Origin: Minisyncoccota bacterium
GTDB lineage: Bacteria > Patescibacteriota > Minisyncoccia > Phycocordibacterales > UBA9973
Assembly (NCBI GenBank): GCA_041663005.1
Contig: JBAZRK010000001.1
Coordinates: 222,734-286,733, forward strand
DNA length: 64,000 nucleotides
Reading direction: 5' to 3'
The translations under genes and the position numbers were made by a program. The notes beneath the pieces were generated by a model. That model saw only the letters and a list, made by a program, of their open reading frames with translations, made no database searches and was not told the origin of the DNA. How positions within the stretch are numbered: the first letter of the stretch is position 1; each line of letters begins with the position of its first letter. Below are positions 10,034 to 19,734 of this stretch, piece by piece.

Positions 10034-10477
10034 ATGAAAGTTATATTTCTTCAAGATGTGCCCAGGGTAGGGAAGCGGCACGATATAAAGGAGGTTAACG
10101 ATGGTTACGCTATGAATTTTCTCTTACCTAGGAAACTCGCAGCGATAGCCACACCTCAAGCCATCTCTGAACTTGAACAACGAAAACAAAGTATCGAAAT
10201 AGAGAAAAAGGTGCAAGAAGACCTTTTGCTTAAAAATTTGGAACAGATTAAAAGCAAAGTGGTGCATATGAAAGGCAAGGCCGATGACAAAGGTCACCTT
10301 TTTTCAGGTATCCACGCCAAAGAAATAGTTGAAGCACTGCATAGCGAACACCACGCCGAGGTTTCTGTTGAATCGATCGCTTTAACAAAACCAATCAAGG
10401 AGGTTGGGGAGTTCGAAGTTCCGGTAAAAGTTGGTAGCAAAAAATCCTCGTTCAAGCTTATAATCGAAAGAATTTAA
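10034..10477 (+). CDS. rplI: 50S ribosomal protein L9
   Basis: MKVIFLQDV, GYAMNFLLP, LFSGI, PIKEVG. Confidence 0.97.
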   Translation: MKVIFLQDVPRVGKRHDIKEVNDGYAMNFLLPRKLAAIATPQAISELEQRKQSIEIEKKVQEDLLLKNLEQIKSKVVHMKGKADDKGHLFSGIHAKEIVEALHSEHHAEVSVESIALTKPIKEVGEFEVPVKVGSKKSSFKLIIERI

Positions 10478-10479
10478 AA

Positions 10480-10504
10480 AAAAATCCCCTTCGAGGGGAT
10501 TTTT
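10480..10504. terminator. Bidirectional intrinsic terminator
   Basis: AAAAATCCCCT-TCG-AGGGGATTTTT between convergent rplI and rpmA. Confidence 0.9.
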
Positions 10505-10507
10505 AGT

Positions 10508-10780
10508 TTATATTACGTTAACGATTTTCTTAACTGCAGTTCTGCCGTGGAAGGATGTTTTTCTTTTAGTTACAAATTTGACAGTACCTTCTTTTAGAGC
10601 GAAAAGAGTATGATCTTTACCGATAGACACGTTTATGCCCGCCAAGACGTCTGTACCACGCTGACGCACTATTATTGAGCCCGCCTGAGCCTTTGAGCCG
10701 TCTGCTAGCTTAACACCTAGGTATTTAGGTTGTGAATCTCTTAAGTTTTTCGCCGTTCCGCCGGCCTTTCTATGTGCCAT
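10508..10780 (-). CDS. rpmA: 50S ribosomal protein L27
   Basis: [28 protein letters not shown]. Confidence 0.98.
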   Translation of the reverse strand: MAHRKAGGTAKNLRDSQPKYLGVKLADGSKAQAGSIIVRQRGTDVLAGINVSIGKDHTLFALKEGTVKFVTKRKTSFHGRTAVKKIVNVI

Positions 10781-10828
10781 ATCGTTTTTATGTTATTATT
10801 TTAAGGTAAAAAGAGTATAACTAATTTT

Positions 10829-11221
10829 ATGGAAAAAATCAAGGGATTTCTTGAGAGCGAGCAGGGGAAAGATATTCTAATAGTCTTAATAGTCATTCTG
10901 GTGGGTTTGGGCTCTTTTGAGCTAGGCCGACTATCTAAAATAGGGAACTCAGGCGGGATCAAAATAGAGTATCCTCCGGAAATGGTACAAGCGAACGCTA
11001 TCAGCACCACGGCTAGTAATCCGCACACCACTGTAGACAAAATGCAGATATCCGGTACGCAGTCACAAGAAAAAAGCTTTTTCGCTTCGAGTCGTGGGAA
11101 AAAATATTATCCGGCAAATTGCTCCGCCGGAGACTCTATAAAGGAATCCAATCGCGTTTGGTTTGACAGCCGGGAAGAAGCCGAGAGTGCGGGCTACGAA
11201 TTATCTGCTTCGTGTCAATAA
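10829..11221 (+). CDS. Membrane-anchored protein with C-terminal Ada metal-binding-like domain
   Basis: TM + SFELGRLS; C-terminal ASSRGKKYY..C....I...N.VWF.S.EEA..AGY. Confidence 0.8.
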   Translation: MEKIKGFLESEQGKDILIVLIVILVGLGSFELGRLSKIGNSGGIKIEYPPEMVQANAISTTASNPHTTVDKMQISGTQSQEKSFFASSRGKKYYPANCSAGDSIKESNRVWFDSREEAESAGYELSASCQ

Positions 11222-11222
11222 T

Positions 11223-11453
11223 TTAATAGAACTTATCAATAACCACGACTTCATCCTCGTGTTCCTCGTGAATAGTAGCTTTAAGCTCATGCCCATACAT
11301 TCGAGCTATATCGATACCGCCAACGAGCATCCCAGGCTTAAAAAGGGTCCCAGGGCTTAAGGTAACATTCTGACCATAAATGCGGATAAAGAATTCCGAG
11401 CTGGCCGAGCCATCCGGGTGAGTGTGAAATATATCTTCATAATCGTATTTCAT
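11223..11453 (-). CDS. Hypothetical protein (76 aa)
   Basis: TATAAT 8 nt before ATG; stop abuts convergent gene. Confidence 0.65.
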   Translation of the reverse strand: MKYDYEDIFHTHPDGSASSEFFIRIYGQNVTLSPGTLFKPGMLVGGIDIARMYGHELKATIHEEHEDEVVVIDKFY

Positions 11454-11585
11454 ATATCCTAATTATAAAACCGTTTGTATTTGAAGGGAAGAGGGGCAAA
11501 AGCACGATTTCACTATATAGTTTAAATATAGGGTCGTGTCGCACAATATATGTTTAGGGTAGTACGTCTTAGCTAGTTATATGGC

Positions 11586-11912
11586 TTAATAGTCCATTTG
11601 CAGGTTTCCTCCTGCGTTGTAGAAGTCAGTAGGCTCTCCGTTGCGTATATGTTCAAGATTAGAAATAAAAGGTTTCCAAAATATTTTAATGATGATTTCC
11701 TCCCACACATATGTCACTGGTTCCTCTAAATATTCTGTCCAAAGGTTCTTTGTGCCATTTCTCACATAGTCTAGGTTATCCTCTGTGGTAGGACTCTCGA
11801 CAACAGCCTTAATGCTTATATTAAAGTAGCTCAAGGCCAAGATAAGCAAAACACCTAAAAGGAGGACTCCCAGTATGCTGATTCCTTTTTGGTTATTATT
11901 ATTTTGTATCAT
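11586..11912 (-). CDS. Membrane protein with prepilin-like N-terminus
   Basis: NQKG|ISILGVLLLG followed by hydrophobic helix. Confidence 0.75.
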   Translation of the reverse strand: MIQNNNNQKGISILGVLLLGVLLILALSYFNISIKAVVESPTTEDNLDYVRNGTKNLWTEYLEEPVTYVWEEIIIKIFWKPFISNLEHIRNGEPTDFYNAGGNLQMDY

Positions 11913-11918
11913 CTTAAT

Positions 11919-12083
11919 TTACCTTAAGACGCTTCCGAAAAATGACTTGAACCAGTACACTACCTCAGAAATAGTTATGTCGAAATACTTCATTAAGAAA
12001 AGCGCGATAAGGATAACGACGATAAGCTCCAGAAACCCTCCTTGTTTATTGTTGTTCATATTTTTATTTGACTCCCCTACCAT
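11919..12083 (-). CDS. Unlisted 54-aa prepilin-like membrane peptide
   Basis: Read manually: MVGESNKNMNNNKQGGFLELIVVILIALFLMKYFDITISEVVYWFKSFFGSVLR; TGG-TAAAAT 6 nt before ATG; stop 6 nt before next ATG. Confidence 0.8.
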   Translation of the reverse strand: MVGESNKNMNNNKQGGFLELIVVILIALFLMKYFDITISEVVYWFKSFFGSVLR

Positions 12084-12130
12084 ACATTTATTTTACCACA
12101 CCAAAGCAACCCCTAGCAATAAAATATGTG

Positions 12131-13414
12131 TTAATTCCCGGAAAGTGGCGGCAAATATTTCATCGGATCAAGATAAGCGTCGGTCGCTGATATCGGCTGG
12201 ATGAGTGTCTTCCCAGGGTAAGATTTACTTGGAAAAGATGCGACCTTGACTCCACTCGACACATACAGAGATACGTGCAGGTGCGGACCTGTAGAAGAGC
12301 CCGTATTGCCACTATAGCCCACTACTTGACCTCTCGTGACCTTCTGGCCCCTAGATACCGATATAAGTGAAAGGTGGCCATAGGTGCTGGATAACCCGTT
12401 GGAATACTCAATAAATATCCATTTACCGAAAGAGGCTCCCGGACAGCAAAGGTCGGTATCTCCGGTACCCCTTACAACTCCGTCGGCCATGGCCTTGACC
12501 TGGGTTCCTACAGTAGCCCTGAAGTCCGTCCCACGGTGGAAGCCACTCCACCTAGGAGCATAGGGTGAGGTGACGAAAATCTTATCAAGTGGCCAACTCA
12601 AAACTCGACCGCTTGGAATTTTCGACGGGTCAAGTATAAATTTAAGCTGGGCCTCATAAGTTTCCAGCTCTTTCTCGAATGCTTCTTTTTGAGCCAGCCT
12701 TTCCCTGAGAAGCTGCTGATAGTTGGCCTCGCTATTTTGAGTCTGCTTCAGGAGCTTATTCTTTTCGTTGGTATTTTGAATGACAATTTTTTGCTGATCT
12801 GAAAGTTGGGACTTGAGACGAGTAAGCTCATTCTTGGCGGCAATTGTTTCTTCACGAATGTCCTCAAGGACAGTTTTGCTCTCACGCAAATCTACAATAT
12901 TCTTTCGCAAATTTTCGCGCACCGCTATCATATTGTCGACGTCGTTCCAAACATCACTGAAATCGTTGTCAGAAAGCATACTGACCACCAAGCTTGTTTC
13001 CTCGAGTTCTTGCATATTTCTTATGCCCGCTTGAATCGAGACTAAGTTCACACCAATTGAAGTTTCTTTATTACCGATATTGCGACTAAGTTCGGAGATT
13101 TTGAGATTGGTTCGTTCGATTTTATTTTCAGTAACAGCTATATCTGCATTAAGCTTCTTCTTCGTCAAATCAAGCTCCTTAATCGAGCCTTGGAGAGAGC
13201 TTTTTTGTTTCGATATACCCACAAGCTCGGATTGATAAGAAGCAATCTCGCGTTCTAATTTTTTAATCGCGGAGTCCTTTTCTTCAATCTTGTTCTGGAT
13301 TTCGGTCGCAGTCTGCGCCAAGGATGTACTAACTAAATAGAGCGACAGCGTCGCCACAATTCCTAAAACCAGAAATCTATTGAGTCGCTTTTTTAAGTCT
13401 TTCGATTGTCTCAT
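12131..13414 (-). CDS. M23 peptidase with long coiled coil (EnvC-like)
   Basis: Signal/TM, coiled coil, HRGTD, YGHL, STGPHLH. Confidence 0.92.
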   Translation of the reverse strand: MRQSKDLKKRLNRFLVLGIVATLSLYLVSTSLAQTATEIQNKIEEKDSAIKKLEREIASYQSELVGISKQKSSLQGSIKELDLTKKKLNADIAVTENKIERTNLKISELSRNIGNKETSIGVNLVSIQAGIRNMQELEETSLVVSMLSDNDFSDVWNDVDNMIAVRENLRKNIVDLRESKTVLEDIREETIAAKNELTRLKSQLSDQQKIVIQNTNEKNKLLKQTQNSEANYQQLLRERLAQKEAFEKELETYEAQLKFILDPSKIPSGRVLSWPLDKIFVTSPYAPRWSGFHRGTDFRATVGTQVKAMADGVVRGTGDTDLCCPGASFGKWIFIEYSNGLSSTYGHLSLISVSRGQKVTRGQVVGYSGNTGSSTGPHLHVSLYVSSGVKVASFPSKSYPGKTLIQPISATDAYLDPMKYLPPLSGN

Positions 13415-14771
13415 TTTTACCGATTATCGAGGCAATAATAAACGGGTCTGGGGATTTATCTGCTCCGGAAAGCGCGTACCGTACGGGATGGAGGAGCTCT
13501 CCCCTCTTTTCTAATTCATCAGCAATTGACATTAATGTATTTTTGATGTTTTCGACGTTAAAATCATCTTCACTCATTTTTCCGAGTTCGGTAATTGCTA
13601 AATTTAAATTTTCGGAAATTTTTTCAGCTGTTGAATTTTTAAATATTAATTTCTCTTTTATAATTTTTGGCGATTTGAAAAAGAAGTCTAACTCCCCTCT
13701 TGTAACCATTTCCCTCGCTTCGCTCCATTTCGAAATACGTTCCAAAATTACCGGAGCCAGTTTTGGGTTTTTTAATTCTTGTGGTAAATACTCTAAAATA
13801 TTTTTCTCGATTACTTCCTCCGGTAGGAGCTTTATGTGCTCTTTGTTCATCCAGTTTAATTTTTCATCATCCCACTGCGCGCCCTTGTGTTGGATTTTTT
13901 CTAGGTCAAAAACCTCAACCAATTCTCCTCGTGTGTAAATTTCCTTCTCTCCGCCAGGGTTAAATCCGAGAAATGCGAGATAGTTTATCATCGCTTCAGG
14001 CAAGTAACCTTCCATTTCGTAATCCATTATGTCTTTGGCTCCATCTCGCTTAGAAAGCTTCTTTTTCCCGTCAGGGCCCATTATGGGCGGCGTTGTGGCG
14101 AAAAGCGGCGATTTAGCCCCTAGCGCTTCGTACAGGGCCAGGAATTTCGGGGTCGAGGAAATGAATTCCTGTCCTCGCATAACGTGCGTTACTCCCATTT
14201 CGATGTCGTCCACCACGTGCGCGAAGTTGTAAGTCGGATAGCCATCGCTTTTAATTAAAATGAAGTCATCTAGGGCCTCTGCCCCTGCCGACAAATCGCC
14301 CCAGACTATGTCTTTCCATTCTGTTCTCTTAAGGTTTTTGACCTTAAATCGGAGCGGCTTGGTCCCGTCCCAGGCTGGTGGATTAGCGGGCCTAAAGTCG
14401 CGATATAGAAACGGTTTTTTTTCTGTCTCCGCTTTTTGTCTAAAATTTTCTAATTCTTCTTCGGTGTATGGGTCGGCATAAGCGTAGCCTTTTTTGATTA
14501 ATTCTTCTCCGTATTTTTTATATAAGTCTAGTCTTTCTGATTGAATATAGGGCCCTTGGTCCCAGTCTAAACCGAGCCATTTTAAAGCTTTTTGGATGTG
14601 GTCAATAGAGCCCGGAACCTCTCTTTCTTTATCAGTGTCCTCAATACGCAAAATAAATTGACCCTTGTTTTTACGAGCCCATAGCCAAGCATACAGCGCC
14701 GTCCGCACTCCTCCCACATGCATAAAACCAGTAGGCGAAGGCGCGAACCTCGTTACAATTTTATCTGACAT
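13377..14771 (-). CDS. gltX: Glutamate--tRNA ligase
   Basis: RFAPSPTG, HVGG, LRIEDTD, KLSKR. Confidence 0.98.
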   Translation of the reverse strand: MSDKIVTRFAPSPTGFMHVGGVRTALYAWLWARKNKGQFILRIEDTDKEREVPGSIDHIQKALKWLGLDWDQGPYIQSERLDLYKKYGEELIKKGYAYADPYTEEELENFRQKAETEKKPFLYRDFRPANPPAWDGTKPLRFKVKNLKRTEWKDIVWGDLSAGAEALDDFILIKSDGYPTYNFAHVVDDIEMGVTHVMRGQEFISSTPKFLALYEALGAKSPLFATTPPIMGPDGKKKLSKRDGAKDIMDYEMEGYLPEAMINYLAFLGFNPGGEKEIYTRGELVEVFDLEKIQHKGAQWDDEKLNWMNKEHIKLLPEEVIEKNILEYLPQELKNPKLAPVILERISKWSEAREMVTRGELDFFFKSPKIIKEKLIFKNSTAEKISENLNLAITELGKMSEDDFNVENIKNTLMSIADELEKRGELLHPVRYALSGADKSPDPFIIASIIGKNETIERLKKATQ

Positions 14772-14792
14772 ATTTATATAATAGCACAGATT

Positions 14793-15923
14793 TTATTTCT
14801 CGTGTTTTAGGGCTATGTTGACGAGTTCGCGAGCAATTATTTCTGCGGCATCGGGCTTTCCGAAAGCTTTCGCACTTCGTTTCATACTCTCATACAAAGG
14901 CTTGTCGGTCATAATCCTTTCAACCTCAGAATATAAAATATTCGCGGTCATATTCATTTCTTCCACCACGCTACTGCAGCCCGCACGAGCATAGCTGAAG
15001 GCGTTTTTTCTGGAATGGTTGGCGTTCGATTTGGTAAAAGGTATGAGTATCGACGGCACGCCCCAGGAAGCAATCTCGAAAATTGTCGATCCGGCTCGAG
15101 AAATTATTATATCTGCTGCCCCCGCAGCCATACGTAGCTCCAGTGCGTTGAGGAAAGCTTGTGGTTGATAACGAGATTTATTTTTATTATTGGATAAAAT
15201 GACATTCGCTTCGCCGGCCACAGTTGTGAAATTTCTGATACCTGTTTGATGAATGACTTGGTAATTTTCTACCAAGCGAGGCAATGCATCTAGAACGGTA
15301 TTGTTGATAAGTTCGGCGCCCTGAGATCCACCCAGGATAACAACCACCGGCACGTCTTCTTCTAGTTTGAAATATTCCAAAGCTTGCTTCTTGGGCGATG
15401 CCTGCTCAATCTCTCGCCTAATAGGCTGCCCGGTCCAGGCAATTTTATCTGAAGAGAAACCTTCAGCCGCCTCAGGGAAGGATATGGCAATGCGTTTAGC
15501 GAAGCGTCCTGCCCATTTATTGACTCGCCCAGGAGCAGCGTCGGACTCATGAATCACCACGGGGATATGAAGCAACCGAGCGGCAAACACTGCTGGGAAC
15601 GAAGCGTAACCCCCTTTGCCGAAAACAACATCGGGGTAAATTGAGAACATTTTAAAAACAGCATTAATAGTACCGAAGAAAATTTTAAAAATATCGGAAA
15701 AGTTTTTAAATGAAAAGTAAGTTCGCATTTTCCCTGAGCCCACTTCTTCATAAACGAGCTCGTTTTGCGAAAGTAATTCTTTATCGTACGGACTGTCAGA
15801 AATATAGTAAAGCTTGGCGCCTATGATGTGCTCCTTGTCTATTATCTCATTGACTTTTTGGGCAACAGCAATAATTGGATAAAAATGTCCTCCTGTTCCC
15901 CCGCCTGTAAAGACTATTTTCAT
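14793..15923 (-). CDS. murG: MurG glycosyltransferase
   Basis: GGGTGGH, GGYAS, HESD, GGSQGA, SRAG. Confidence 0.97.
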   Translation of the reverse strand: MKIVFTGGGTGGHFYPIIAVAQKVNEIIDKEHIIGAKLYYISDSPYDKELLSQNELVYEEVGSGKMRTYFSFKNFSDIFKIFFGTINAVFKMFSIYPDVVFGKGGYASFPAVFAARLLHIPVVIHESDAAPGRVNKWAGRFAKRIAISFPEAAEGFSSDKIAWTGQPIRREIEQASPKKQALEYFKLEEDVPVVVILGGSQGAELINNTVLDALPRLVENYQVIHQTGIRNFTTVAGEANVILSNNKNKSRYQPQAFLNALELRMAAGAADIIISRAGSTIFEIASWGVPSILIPFTKSNANHSRKNAFSYARAGCSSVVEEMNMTANILYSEVERIMTDKPLYESMKRSAKAFGKPDAAEIIARELVNIALKHEK

Positions 15924-17020
15924 ACGTGTTTTTGAAACTTAGAAATTTGAAGCACTATGCCTATGGCCGCCAGGTAAATCATAAGAGATGTCCCGCCGTG
16001 ACTCATAAACACTAGTGGCACTCCGGTGAGCGGAAAGACTCCAGTCACAGAAGCTATGTGCATAAAGGACTGCACAGTAATGAGTATAACAATTCCTGAA
16101 ACTAAAAGTCCACTAAAGTAATCTGGGCTCCGGTTGGCTATTCGAAAGCCTCGCAATAGAAAAAGTAGGTATAAGAAAATAGTGGAAAGGGTCCCGACAA
16201 ACCCGAGTTCTTCGCCCAAAACCGCAAAAATCGAATCTCCTTGAGGTTCAGGCAAGTAGCTAAATTTCTGCACACTTTGTCCTAGCCCCCTACCAAATAT
16301 TCCACCCGAACCCAAGGCAATCATAGACTGTTGAATCTGATATGAATCGCCCTGGGAATCATGCGCCGGATCAATAAATGTTTTTACTCTTGCTTGCAAA
16401 TATGGGGTGAAGTAGACTAGTACGCCAAGCGATACTATCAACATAAAGCCTGCACCGATTAAATATTTAATAGGTACGCCAGAAATGAAAAGCATCGAAA
16501 GCCCGGTCACGGCGATAAGTATGAAACTCTTCGTATCCGGTTGCCTAAAAAGTATTAACGCTATAATTATCAGCATAATACCGAGCGGTAAAATTCCGAA
16601 TTTAAAATTGTGCACCTTATTTTTAGCCCAAGATAACCAAGCGGCGAAATAAATTACAAATCCAAATTTCAAAATTTCCACAGGCTGGAAACGGGTAAAT
16701 CCAAGGTCTATCCATCGTTTCGCCCCTCCGTGACTCCATCCAAGTGACGGCACGAATACTGCCGCAGTAAGCAGAATGGAAAGTATAAAAATAAAGAGTG
16801 AGTACTTGCGCCAAAATTTATAATTAATTTTATAAGTTATATACATGCCCACAAGCCCAAGCCCTAATCCCAATACTAATTGGCTGAAAAGCACGGAGTA
16901 GAATGTTCCTTGGTTTTTGGCAAAGATTCCGAGCGAAGCCGACACAAAGACAGAAACCCCAATAATCAAAAGAAGCATCACCACTATTAAGAAAAATTTG
17001 TCGGGTTTTTTTTCTCGCAT
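15920..17020 (-). CDS. ftsW: SEDS peptidoglycan glycosyltransferase
   Basis: GAKRWI, QPVE, LPEPQGD, EELG, P.TGVPL..MSHGG; between mraY and murG. Confidence 0.92.
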   Translation of the reverse strand: MREKKPDKFFLIVVMLLLIIGVSVFVSASLGIFAKNQGTFYSVLFSQLVLGLGLGLVGMYITYKINYKFWRKYSLFIFILSILLTAAVFVPSLGWSHGGAKRWIDLGFTRFQPVEILKFGFVIYFAAWLSWAKNKVHNFKFGILPLGIMLIIIALILFRQPDTKSFILIAVTGLSMLFISGVPIKYLIGAGFMLIVSLGVLVYFTPYLQARVKTFIDPAHDSQGDSYQIQQSMIALGSGGIFGRGLGQSVQKFSYLPEPQGDSIFAVLGEELGFVGTLSTIFLYLLFLLRGFRIANRSPDYFSGLLVSGIVILITVQSFMHIASVTGVFPLTGVPLVFMSHGGTSLMIYLAAIGIVLQISKFQKHV

Positions 17021-17025
17021 TAAAT

Positions 17026-18081
17026 TTATCGGCTGACCACTGCTAAAATTATTCCAATAATTGCAAAAATTACCGAAAGAACCCAGAACCGCATAGTGAC
17101 TTTATGCGCGGACCACCCAATGGCTTCGAAGTGGTGATGAATAGGGGCGAGTTTAAAAACTCTCTTCCCTCCCCTCCATTTTTTAGAAAATAATTGCACT
17201 ATAACCGAACCTGAAGTTATAACTAAAGGCAGAGCGACAATAGGAAGAATTAAAACTGTATCCGTGAGGAAGGCCAGTGTCGCCAGGGTGAGCGTCAGCC
17301 CCATTATTCCCGTCTCCCCCATATAAAAACGTGCTGGCGGAATATTGAACCAAAGAAAAGCTAAAATCACTCCTGTTAAAACCCCGGAGAATGCCGCTAA
17401 ATCTATCTGGTTATTAGTAAAGGCGATGATTGAATAAGCTCCGAAAATAGAAGCAAAAACTCCTCCGGACAAGCCGTCGATACCGTCTATGACTCCACCG
17501 GAAAATGTCGCCAACGCCACAATAATAAAAAATGGAATTATCAATACTCCTAAAAATATTTCTCCACCGAAAGGCATATGAATTGAAGTCAGTCCAAGTT
17601 TATAGAAAAACCATAGTCCTATGAGCACTGACCCCGCCGTTACCATTAGCACCTTCCACATTCGCCAGGATTTATCATCGCGGGCAAATTTTCCGTTGCC
17701 ATATATTTGAATTAAGTCGTCCCACAATCCTATAATCGACCCCAGCAACAAAGTAAAGAACGGGATCAGAGTTTGGTTACGACTTAGGAAATTCATCTTC
17801 GCACTTTCATCAGAAGGGAAAATTATCGAAATCAAAAAGAAAATCAGTGTGGTTAATAGCGCCGAAACCCAAATTATCAACCCTCCCACCCTAGGCGTCT
17901 TGAGCTCCTCGGCCTCGTTGTGAATAGTATGGAATTCGAGAGCGTGAGCATCCAAATTTCGGGAATATTTTTTCCACATTTTGTATTTAAAGAAAAAATG
18001 CGTTGCAATCGGAGTCAAAAAAAGCGCTAAGAAAAACGCCAGCGCTGTGGGAATGGATATTTTAATCAAGTTCAAAAGCAT
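17026..18081 (-). CDS. mraY: Phospho-MurNAc-pentapeptide transferase
   Basis: TPRVGG, DD, DGIDGL, FN.PPARFYMG, APIHHHFE. Confidence 0.96.
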   Translation of the reverse strand: MLLNLIKISIPTALAFFLALFLTPIATHFFFKYKMWKKYSRNLDAHALEFHTIHNEAEELKTPRVGGLIIWVSALLTTLIFFLISIIFPSDESAKMNFLSRNQTLIPFFTLLLGSIIGLWDDLIQIYGNGKFARDDKSWRMWKVLMVTAGSVLIGLWFFYKLGLTSIHMPFGGEIFLGVLIIPFFIIVALATFSGGVIDGIDGLSGGVFASIFGAYSIIAFTNNQIDLAAFSGVLTGVILAFLWFNIPPARFYMGETGIMGLTLTLATLAFLTDTVLILPIVALPLVITSGSVIVQLFSKKWRGGKRVFKLAPIHHHFEAIGWSAHKVTMRFWVLSVIFAIIGIILAVVSR

Positions 18082-18111
18082 TCTTAAATTATAGCACTTG
18101 AATAGGATTTT

Positions 18112-18834
18112 TTAAACCTTCTTTTCTTTTGAGGTCTTGTGAACATCAAAAACATAAATTTTATCCGTTTTGTCGTCGTAGAGCATATTATTAGGAAAAA
18201 CATCCTTAAAACCCGACGGGTGTAGAGTACGTTTTATCTCTGCGATCCTTTGAACAAGAATATTTCGTGCCTGTTCCGCTGGTTCACTATTTTCTAAAAT
18301 ATCGTCGTAGATGGTGTCCTCGAGGAAGCTTAAGTGCGCAGCTAAATTAACCGCATTCCGCCATTTGGAAACGAAATAAGTAGTTTTGCCATCCTGGAAT
18401 CCTAATTCGAAATCTATCACCTCCACTTTATCCAATCCTTCTAATGCTTTTTTAGCCGCCTTTATCGACTGAACTTCTTCGTAACCATAAATACTTACTT
18501 CTTTAAATCCTGATACTCTTTTTACGAAAAATTTTTGTCCGCCGATTTCTAACTTTAAATAATCCCCTGGTACAGTAAGTATCGATTTTGAAAGATTCCA
18601 GTCGGCCACTTTACCTGTATTCCCCGACTCATTTAAAAGAGTAATTTTTATCCCGTGACCTTCCAGCACATCGCCAAAATCAGACTTGGGTCCTATCTGC
18701 GCTTCGAGTTCCTTAAACCTTCGGAGTATGCCAGGGTTATCGACCACCATCCTACGAAAATCAGCTGAGTATTCCAGTTTGCCCTTAGGCGCTATACTCT
18801 GTGCAGTTCTCAAGTTGTTAGTTTCCATACTCAT
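18112..18834 (-). CDS. Orphan protein with protein-kinase-like fold features
   Basis: FFVK, E, D....N catalytic-loop-like (KDVFPNNMLYD), YVFD. Confidence 0.55.
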   Translation of the reverse strand: MSMETNNLRTAQSIAPKGKLEYSADFRRMVVDNPGILRRFKELEAQIGPKSDFGDVLEGHGIKITLLNESGNTGKVADWNLSKSILTVPGDYLKLEIGGQKFFVKRVSGFKEVSIYGYEEVQSIKAAKKALEGLDKVEVIDFELGFQDGKTTYFVSKWRNAVNLAAHLSFLEDTIYDDILENSEPAEQARNILVQRIAEIKRTLHPSGFKDVFPNNMLYDDKTDKIYVFDVHKTSKEKKV

Positions 18835-18891
18835 TGCCCTTAAATATATAACTTTTTTGATTAAAATGCACCCATGTGTTATTCTCTTCTG

Positions 18892-19716
18892 GTGGACAAA
18901 AACAATCTTAAAAAAGCTCTACCACTAATAGTACTAATTCTATTTTTGATACCAATCATCACTTCTTCACTGCTCGATTTAAGGCAAAAACAAAGAGAAG
19001 AGAAAGCTTATCTTAAAATGCTCGCAGAACAGAAGGCCCAAAAGGAAGGCGAAGAGAGAATATATCTTTTGGGTAAATTTGAGCCAAGCGAAAGAGGAGA
19101 CTTCTTGCCCATACCGGCAGAATATAATATGAGTGGATACACGACATATTTGAGAAAAGAGACCCTGGAAGCTTTTATCCGAATGGCCGAAGCCGCTAAA
19201 AAAGAAAACGTTGACTTAGAGATTGTTTCGGCTGTTAGAAATTTCGATTCTCAGAAAAAGATTTGGGATGACAAGTGGACGGGCGTCACCTTGGTAGACG
19301 GAAAGAGATTAAATGAGAGTACCCCTGATGGCTTAGAAAGATTTAAGAAAATATTGGAATACAGCTCGGTACCAGGTACTTCTCGGCATCACTGGGGTAC
19401 GGACATAGATATAAATATGACTGTTCCTTTTTATTTCCAGACAGAAGCCGGGCAGAAAGTGTACGAATGGTTAGTGAAGAATGCTTCCACCTATGGCTTC
19501 TGTCAGCCATACAGTGCCAAGGGTCAAGAGCGCCCTACCGGCTACAATGAAGAAAAGTGGCACTGGTCTTATCTGCCTTTGGCGAAGGATTTTACACAAA
19601 GGTACAAAACTCTAGTTACGGACAAAGATATAACGGATTTTGCCGGTGACGAAAACACAGCAAGCATGAATCTCATAAACGATTACGTACTCGGAATTAG
19701 CCCTGAATGCCTGTAG
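18892..19716 (+). CDS. M15B D,D-carboxypeptidase (VanY-like)
   Basis: SAVR, PGTSRHHWGTDID, EEKWHW; start moved to GTG 18892, 6 nt after TG-T-TATTCT. Confidence 0.92.
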   Translation: MDKNNLKKALPLIVLILFLIPIITSSLLDLRQKQREEKAYLKMLAEQKAQKEGEERIYLLGKFEPSERGDFLPIPAEYNMSGYTTYLRKETLEAFIRMAEAAKKENVDLEIVSAVRNFDSQKKIWDDKWTGVTLVDGKRLNESTPDGLERFKKILEYSSVPGTSRHHWGTDIDINMTVPFYFQTEAGQKVYEWLVKNASTYGFCQPYSAKGQERPTGYNEEKWHWSYLPLAKDFTQRYKTLVTDKDITDFAGDENTASMNLINDYVLGISPECL

Positions 19717-19734
19717 CGTTTACCTTTCTTTTTT

